Assembly: GCF_028369095.1 (NCBI RefSeq)
Contig: NZ_JAQNDN010000024.1
Coordinates: forward strand, 281,350 to 345,349
Length of the DNA: 64,000 nucleotides
Source of the DNA: Nannocystis radixulma
GTDB taxonomy: Bacteria > Myxococcota_A > Polyangia > Nannocystales > Nannocystaceae
Direction of reading: 5' to 3'
Position 1 is the first letter of the stretch. Every line of letters starts with the position of its first letter. The position numbers and the translations under genes were made by a program. Of the stretch, positions 58,698-64,000 are shown piece by piece. Under the pieces are notes generated by a model. It did no database searches, was not told where the DNA came from, and saw only the letters and a program-made list of their open reading frames with translations.

Positions 58698-60773
58698 ATG
58701 AGCAAACCGGAAGACCAAGCACAAGCAGACCCCCTGCTGGGGACGACTTTCGCTCGGCGCTACCTGATCGAGCGCCGGCTCGGCCGCGGTGGGATGGGCG
58801 TCGTGTACCAGGCGACGCAGATCGACCTGAATCGCCCGGTGGTCCTCAAGGTGCTGGCGCCCGACTGGGTCGGCGATTCGGAGGCCCTGGCCCGCTTCGA
58901 ACGCGAGGCCCGCGGGCTTTCCAGCCTGCAGCACCCGAACATCGTGACCATCCACGACTTCGGCCGGATCGACGGACGGGCCTTCATCGTCATGGAGTAC
59001 GTCCAGGGCGAGACGCTCGACCGGTTCGTCCGCCGCCGCGGCCACCTCACGCTGGCCGACTTCGTGCCGATCGCCGCGCAGGTGCTCAAAGGCCTCGGTG
59101 AGGCCCATTCGCGCGGGATCATCCACCGCGACATCAAGCCCGCCAACATCATGCTGTGCGAGCGGCAGGGCCGGGCCAACTACGTCAAAATCCTCGATTT
59201 CGGGCTCGCCAAGCTGGTCTCCGGCTCGTCCGACATCACCAAGCAGAACGTCCTTGGCACGCCCACCTGCCTGTCTCCGGAGCAGATCCTGGGCGAGAAG
59301 ATCGACCAGCGCGTCGATGTTTACGCGGTCGGCATCCTGTTCTACTTCATGCTGACCGGCGTGATGCCGTTCCAGGCCGACAACGACGCGTCGGTCCTGT
59401 ACAAGCACGTCCACGAGAAGGCGCAGCCGATCCAGGACCTCCTGCCGCCCGACAACGGCGTCCCCGAAGGGGTCCTGGAGCTCATCAGCCGGTGCCTCGA
59501 GAAGAGCCGGGAACGCCGCCCGCGCGACGCCAACGAGGTCGTCGAGGGGCTCATCGACCAGGTGCCGTTCTCGATGTTCCGCCTGCCGCGCGCCCAGCCG
59601 CGGACGGAGCCGCTCGAGCCGGAGGAGCCGCAGAGCAGCACCGAACACAGCAAGCCGATCCCGTCGCCGGAGAATATCGTGGTCGGCACGTTCGGCCGGC
59701 CGCGGTCGGCACCGGCCGCTGCCGCCGCGCCCCTTGCGCAGCCGATGTCGGGGGCCGGTGCACTGGCACAGTCGATGCCGTCGCCGGTGATGCCGATCAC
59801 GGCTCAGTTTCCGCAGGCGACGCTCGACCAGCTCAAGGCCCAGGGCATCCCGCTCGAGGGCGGGAGCCTGGTGCAGAGCCAGGACGGGCGCACGCTGTTG
59901 GTGGTCGGTCCGCAGGCGCAAGAGGCCGCGGCCCGCCAGCGGACCTTCAACCTGATCCTGGTCGGCGCGGCGGCCTTCTCGGTGCTGGCGTTGCTGCTGT
60001 ACGCGTTCGGCGGCGGCAGCAACGAGGCCGAGGCCGACCGCCCCGAGGTCGCGACCCGCGAGGAGGGCGGGCGCGAGCAGCTCGAGAGCAACCTCGACAA
60101 GATCGCGCAGCTCATCGACGAGGGCAAGCTGCCGCAGGCCGAGCGCAAGCTCGAGATCGCCGAGGAGGAGTTCGCCCGCGACCCGGAGCTGTCCGACCGC
60201 GCCGACGAGCTGCGGTCGAAGCTCGAGGTGCAGAAGGCGCTGGCCAGCGCCCGCAAGTACGAGCGCGACGGCGATCGCATCAGCGCGGTCAAGGGTTACC
60301 GCGACGTGCTGGCGCTCGACGCCGCCAACGAGGAGGCGAAGCAGCGCATCAAGGGGCTGTTCCCCGAGCTGAACCCGGACATGGGGTTCGCGATCATCAC
60401 GATCCGGTCGGCCCCGGTGACTGCGGAGGTCACGCTCGACGGGCGGCCGCTCGGCTCGACCACGGTCGAGGTGCCGCTGCACGCCGGCAAATACAACCTG
60501 ACGCTGGCCGCGCCCGGCTACGGGCCGATGCAGACCGCGCTGAGCGTCAGCGCGGCCAAGGACCAGCCCTACGACTACATGCTGACGGCCAAGGCCGGGA
60601 CGACGCCGATCCCGCAGCCGCCGGTGGAGCAGCCGAAGCCGCCGCCGGGCGGCGGGACCAAAAAACCGGGGGGCGGCGGGACCAAGCGGCCGCCCGACGG
60701 GCAGGTCAAGCAGAAGCCGAACCCCGCGCCGGATGACGATTTGTTGCCGGTCGGTCCGAGCAAAAAGCGTTAG
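58698..60773 (+). CDS. Hanks-type Ser/Thr protein kinase with C-terminal PEGA domain
   Basis: GRGGMGVVY, VLK, HRDIKPANI, DFGLAK, and a C-terminal TLDGRPLGSTTVEVPLHAGKYNLTLAAPGY (PEGA). Confidence 0.85.
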   Translation: MSKPEDQAQADPLLGTTFARRYLIERRLGRGGMGVVYQATQIDLNRPVVLKVLAPDWVGDSEALARFEREARGLSSLQHPNIVTIHDFGRIDGRAFIVMEYVQGETLDRFVRRRGHLTLADFVPIAAQVLKGLGEAHSRGIIHRDIKPANIMLCERQGRANYVKILDFGLAKLVSGSSDITKQNVLGTPTCLSPEQILGEKIDQRVDVYAVGILFYFMLTGVMPFQADNDASVLYKHVHEKAQPIQDLLPPDNGVPEGVLELISRCLEKSRERRPRDANEVVEGLIDQVPFSMFRLPRAQPRTEPLEPEEPQSSTEHSKPIPSPENIVVGTFGRPRSAPAAAAAPLAQPMSGAGALAQSMPSPVMPITAQFPQATLDQLKAQGIPLEGGSLVQSQDGRTLLVVGPQAQEAAARQRTFNLILVGAAAFSVLALLLYAFGGGSNEAEADRPEVATREEGGREQLESNLDKIAQLIDEGKLPQAERKLEIAEEEFARDPELSDRADELRSKLEVQKALASARKYERDGDRISAVKGYRDVLALDAANEEAKQRIKGLFPELNPDMGFAIITIRSAPVTAEVTLDGRPLGSTTVEVPLHAGKYNLTLAAPGYGPMQTALSVSAAKDQPYDYMLTAKAGTTPIPQPPVEQPKPPPGGGTKKPGGGGTKRPPDGQVKQKPNPAPDDDLLPVGPSKKR

Positions 60774-60831
60774 TCTCTAGCTCTCGGGTTCATGAGGGTC
60801 GCCGCCGTCGACCCCGCCCCACAGGCCCCCC

Positions 60832-61698
60832 ATGAAGAAGCCGATCGTCACTCTCGTGGCCGCAGCGATTCTCGCCTCGAGCATGCCCGCCCGCTCGGCG
60901 GCCGCCGCGGTGTACGTCCCGATCGCCGTGCGTGCGGCGCTGGCCGAGCCGCCGCCGACCGACGCCAACGGCGAGACGTTCGAGAGCCTGGCCGAGCAGG
61001 CGCGGGCGAAGTACCGCGAGAAGGACTACGCCGCCGCGGTGGCGCTGTTCGAGCGCGCCTACAAGGTGCAGCCCGACCCGAACATCTTGTTCAACATCGG
61101 CCGGATCCAGGAGCAGGCCAACAACGTCGACGCGGCGATCTCCTACTACCAGAGGTTCATCGCCGACGAGTCGGTCGACATCGGCCTGCGTGACACGGCG
61201 CTGCAGCGGCTGGCGACGCTCGAGAAGATCGTCGAGATCCGCGAGAAGGAAGAGGCCAAGCAGAAGCCGAAGCAGCCCGAGCCGGCCAAGCAGCCGGAGG
61301 CGACGCAGCCGGTCGGGCCGCAGCTCGGCCCGCAGCCGCCGCCGGGCGACGACAAGTCGTCGCAGAACAAGGCCAAGATCCTGCGGCCGATCGGCTACAC
61401 GATGTTCGGCGTCGGCGCGGCGCTGCTGATCGGCGGCGGGATCGCGGGCGGCCTGGCGAAGGGGCAAGAGAACAAGTTCGAGGCCGCGGAGACGCTCGAC
61501 GACCAGCGCGACGCCGGTCAGAAGGGCAAGTCGCTGGCGGCCGCGGCCGACGGCCTGTTCATCGCCGGCGGCGTGATGGCGGTGGTCGGCATGGTGCTCT
61601 TGCTGGTGCCGAAGGCGCGCAAGTCGAAGGCCGTGCAGGCGATGCAGCCCAAGGTCTCGCCGAGCCAGCTCGGCCTCGGTTACGTCTATCGCTTCTGA
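60832..61698 (+). CDS. TPR-like secreted protein with C-terminal transmembrane anchor
   Basis: Signal peptide, TPR-like helices (YAAAVALFERAYKVQPDPNILFNIGRIQEQANNVDAAISYYQRF), and two C-terminal TM segments. Confidence 0.55.
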   Translation: MKKPIVTLVAAAILASSMPARSAAAAVYVPIAVRAALAEPPPTDANGETFESLAEQARAKYREKDYAAAVALFERAYKVQPDPNILFNIGRIQEQANNVDAAISYYQRFIADESVDIGLRDTALQRLATLEKIVEIREKEEAKQKPKQPEPAKQPEATQPVGPQLGPQPPPGDDKSSQNKAKILRPIGYTMFGVGAALLIGGGIAGGLAKGQENKFEAAETLDDQRDAGQKGKSLAAAADGLFIAGGVMAVVGMVLLLVPKARKSKAVQAMQPKVSPSQLGLGYVYRF

Positions 61699-61724
61699 GC
61701 CGCGAACGCTGGAGCTTTGCGACC

Positions 61725-63290
61725 ATGTCGTCTGTCTTCTCGCATATGCTGACCCGGATCTCTGTCTGCGGCGTCCTCGGGGTGATCGCGGGCGCGTGCT
61801 CGGCGACGCTCGACTTCACCGAGTGCTACGAGGACGCCGACTGTGCGGCCTTCTTCGACGACAACAAGCCGATGTACTGCGCGGCCAACACCTGCCAGGT
61901 CCGCGAGAAAGGCTGCGACGCCAACTCGCAGTGCGCGGGCCTCGGCGAGGCGTTCATCTGCGCCACCTCGAGCGCGCCGCGCGAGTGTGCGTCGACCGAG
62001 ACCGACGAGTGCGGCGCGCCGATCTACCCCGGCGGCGAGGTCAGCGACGACGTCGCGTTCATCGGCGTGATGCTGCCGAAGACCGGCGCCGACGCGGCGC
62101 TCGGCGAGGCGATGGAGAAGGGCGTGCTGGCGGCGGTCGAGGAGTTCAACGGCTCCGGCGAGCTGCCGAACGGCGACAAGATCGCGCTGGTGGTCTGCGA
62201 CACCAAGAGCGAGGTCGCGTCGGCGACGTCGGCCGGCCGGCATCTCGGCGACACGCTGGCGATCCCGGTGCTCATCGGCCCGGTCGACGACGTCGAGTTC
62301 ACGGCAGTGGTCGACCAGGTCACGTTCGCCCCCGGCGTCAACGCGTTCACGATGGGGCCGATGGTCACGGCCGACATGAGCGAGCTCGACACCTCGGCCA
62401 ACCTGGTCTTCCAGGCGATGGCCGGCGCCAAGTACCAGGGCCCGGCGCTCGGCGCCCGGATCGGCGCCGACTTCATGGGCGTCCCCGACGCGAACGCGGT
62501 GCTGCTGCTGGCGGAGGACGCGTACGGGCTCAGCCTCTACAACGCGGTGGCGACCGAGGAGACCGGCGGTCCGAGTCAGATCCCGCAGGTCCCCGGCAAC
62601 CAGTTCATCGCCTCGTACCGCGGGCTCGACGACGCCACCAAGGGCGCAAAGGCCAAGCTCGACGCGGCGCTCACGAGCTTCGACATGCCGCAGATGTTGG
62701 TCCTGCTCGGCCGCGCCGAGGTCGCCGACATCATCAAGTACTACAAGACCACCGGCGCCCCGCTGCCGCAGAAGATCTACGTGCCGCAGCGGGCGATGGC
62801 CGCGGTCGCCGCGCTCAAGGACAAGGACCTCGCCGGCGTCGTCGTCGCCATCACCCCGGATCTCGATACCCCGCAGCTCGCCAAGCTGCGCACCCGCCTC
62901 GGCGAGTCGTCGCTGGCGCCCGAGGCCGGCCTCGCCTACGACGCGACGATGGCGTCGCTGATCGGCATGGCCGCCGTGAAGTCCGGCGACATCGTCGTCG
63001 GCCTGCGCGTCGCCGACGCGATGGAGAAGCTGTCCGACAAGTCCGGCGTGCCGGTCGACTTCGGCACGGGGCCGAAGATGTTCGTGCCCGCCGCGCTGTC
63101 GGCGTTCGCCACCGGCAAGTCCGTCGACCTCACGGGCATCACCGGGCCGCTCGACTTCGACGCCAAGGGCGAGGTGTGCAGCCCGCTCGCGGCCCACACG
63201 CTCGACGAATCCGGCGAGGCGTGGGTGAAGACGGCCGTGTTCACGCCCGCGTGCCCCGACACCACCGGCGAGTGGGCCGCGGTGCCCTGA
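61725..63290 (+). CDS. Type-I periplasmic-binding-protein lipoprotein (Leu/Ile/Val-binding-like) with Cys-rich N-terminal module
   Basis: VCGVLGVIAGAC lipobox (alternative ATG 61746), a Cys-rich 80-aa module, then a PBP-1 fold. Confidence 0.6.
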   Translation: MSSVFSHMLTRISVCGVLGVIAGACSATLDFTECYEDADCAAFFDDNKPMYCAANTCQVREKGCDANSQCAGLGEAFICATSSAPRECASTETDECGAPIYPGGEVSDDVAFIGVMLPKTGADAALGEAMEKGVLAAVEEFNGSGELPNGDKIALVVCDTKSEVASATSAGRHLGDTLAIPVLIGPVDDVEFTAVVDQVTFAPGVNAFTMGPMVTADMSELDTSANLVFQAMAGAKYQGPALGARIGADFMGVPDANAVLLLAEDAYGLSLYNAVATEETGGPSQIPQVPGNQFIASYRGLDDATKGAKAKLDAALTSFDMPQMLVLLGRAEVADIIKYYKTTGAPLPQKIYVPQRAMAAVAALKDKDLAGVVVAITPDLDTPQLAKLRTRLGESSLAPEAGLAYDATMASLIGMAAVKSGDIVVGLRVADAMEKLSDKSGVPVDFGTGPKMFVPAALSAFATGKSVDLTGITGPLDFDAKGEVCSPLAAHTLDESGEAWVKTAVFTPACPDTTGEWAAVP

Positions 63291-63308
63291 GGTTCAGCGG
63301 CGCAACAG

Positions 63309-63340
63309 CATGACCGCCGGGACATGTCCTGGCGGTCATG
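63309..63340. terminator. 32-bp near-perfect palindrome CATGACCGCCGGGACATGTCCTGGCGGTCATG followed by T-rich run, 19 bp after the PBP gene stop
   Basis: 13-bp arms around the ACATGT core, then GCTTTCTGC. Confidence 0.4.
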
Positions 63341-63379
63341 TCGCTTTCTGCGGGTCGGTCGCCGGCCTGGAGCGTCACC

Positions 63380-63670
63380 ACCCCGGCAGGTACGGCGAGA
63401 GGCGTCGAGGATCGCGTGCGCGAGGACGCGGGGCCGTGGGGAGCGGGGAGGGGCGGCCTCGCGGCGGCGGCGCGGGTCCCTCGCGACGCGAGACCTGCCA
63501 TGCCACATGCTCGACGCGGATGAGCGATGGGGCATGTCCGAGGATTGATCCCGCGTCTGCGCGTGAGGCATGGGGCCCCTCGCTGCGTCCCACTCCGCCG
63601 CCGCGAGGCCGCCCCAGAAGAGTGTGGCGGGCCCCGCTTGTCGTGAGGCGGAGGTGGTCGCTTCGAACGA
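63380..63670. repeat. Second copy (about 290 bp, single-unit version) of the composite repeat found at 28.3-28.6 kb
   Basis: About 95% identical by eye to 28290-28590 and includes the GGGGCATGTCCGAGGATTGATCCCGCGTCTGCGCGTGAGGCATGGGGCCCCTCGCTGCGTCCCACTCCGCCGCCGCGAGGCCGCCCCAGAAG core. Confidence 0.7.
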
Positions 63671-63715
63671 GGGCGTCGCTCGATCGGCAGGGGGGGTCTT
63701 GTATGCCCGAACGAA

Positions 63716-63747
63716 CAGGGCCGTGGGGACATATCCTCACGGCCCTG
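63716..63747. terminator. Hairpin CAGGGCCGTG-GGGACATATCCT-CACGGCCCTG followed by TCTTTTCGC; likely bidirectional terminator 24 bp after the stop of the minus-strand edge gene
   Basis: 10-bp GC stem, a loop containing a degenerate ACATGTCC motif, and a T-run. Confidence 0.4.
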
Positions 63748-63770
63748 TCTTTTCGCACCTGCCTGAACGC

Positions 63771-64000
63771 TCAGGTGAAAAGGGCCGGGTCGAGGGCGCT
63801 CTCGTCGTTCGACTGGATGCTCTTGCCGAGGGCGATCGCCTGGGGGAGGAGCGCGGCGACGAAGAACTCGAGGTTGCGCTGCTTGCCGACCAGCAGCGGG
63901 TCGTCGCCGCGGGCTTCGCGGAGGCGGGCGGCGACGAGGGCCTGCTCGACGCACTCGATGGCGAGCAGCACCAGGCCGAACATGCGGGTGAAGGGGACGG
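63771..64000 (-). CDS. C-terminal fragment of a gene continuing beyond the window (3' partial window edge)
   Basis: Open frame to the window end on the minus strand with helical, balanced composition. Function not assignable. Confidence 0.3.
   Translation of the reverse strand, partial: VPFTRMFGLVLLAIECVEQALVAARLREARGDDPLLVGKQRNLEFFVAALLPQAIALGKSIQSNDESALDPALFT

Overview
This is a 64-kb, roughly 70% GC chromosomal segment. The gene content fits a Myxococcota-type genome: many lipoproteins, MYXO-CTERM-like C-terminal tails, a PEGA-domain Ser/Thr kinase, a sigma-54 enhancer-binding protein and a DUF4388 protein. That taxonomic placement is inference only. I support about 50 protein-coding genes and saw no rRNA, tRNA, CRISPR array or transposase. 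Long R/A/G/P-rich ORFs in the six-frame track are treated as antisense or off-frame artefacts of the high GC content. Feature coordinates were derived by arithmetic from the supplied ORF-track coordinates, not read off the sequence lines. Main observations: (1) A co-oriented minus-strand lipid-biosynthesis locus spans about 24.4-36.7 kb. It carries an HAD hydrolase, two fatty-acyl reductases, a polysaccharide-pyruvyl-transferase homologue, two AMP-ligases, an enoyl-CoA hydratase, an ACP, a DAG-kinase-like lipid kinase and a PlsC acyltransferase. It looks like a disaggregated ether-lipid or fatty-alcohol-lipid pathway and is split into two sub-operons. (2) A 1.2-kb composite repeat fills the gap between those sub-operons. 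It has two minisatellite arrays (about 57 bp x3 and 60 bp x5) and inverted arms, and a second roughly 290-bp copy lies at 63.38-63.67 kb. (3) A short AT-cored palindromic motif centred on GGACATGTCC, often extended as CATGTCCGAAGAGACAG, occurs at least 25 times. Most copies are intergenic, several form hairpins, some sit at start codons and a few lie inside coding sequence; this looks like a genome-wide regulatory motif or micro-repeat. (4) Smaller observations: a lipoprotein homologue of copper lysyl oxidase (HQHYH motif); a signal-peptide RidA with a GN-dipeptide repeat linker; a divergently arranged antitoxin / ParE-like toxin pair in which the toxin has lost its stop codon; mqnB-mqnD futalosine-pathway genes; an orphan FtsX permease and an orphan ABC ATPase.
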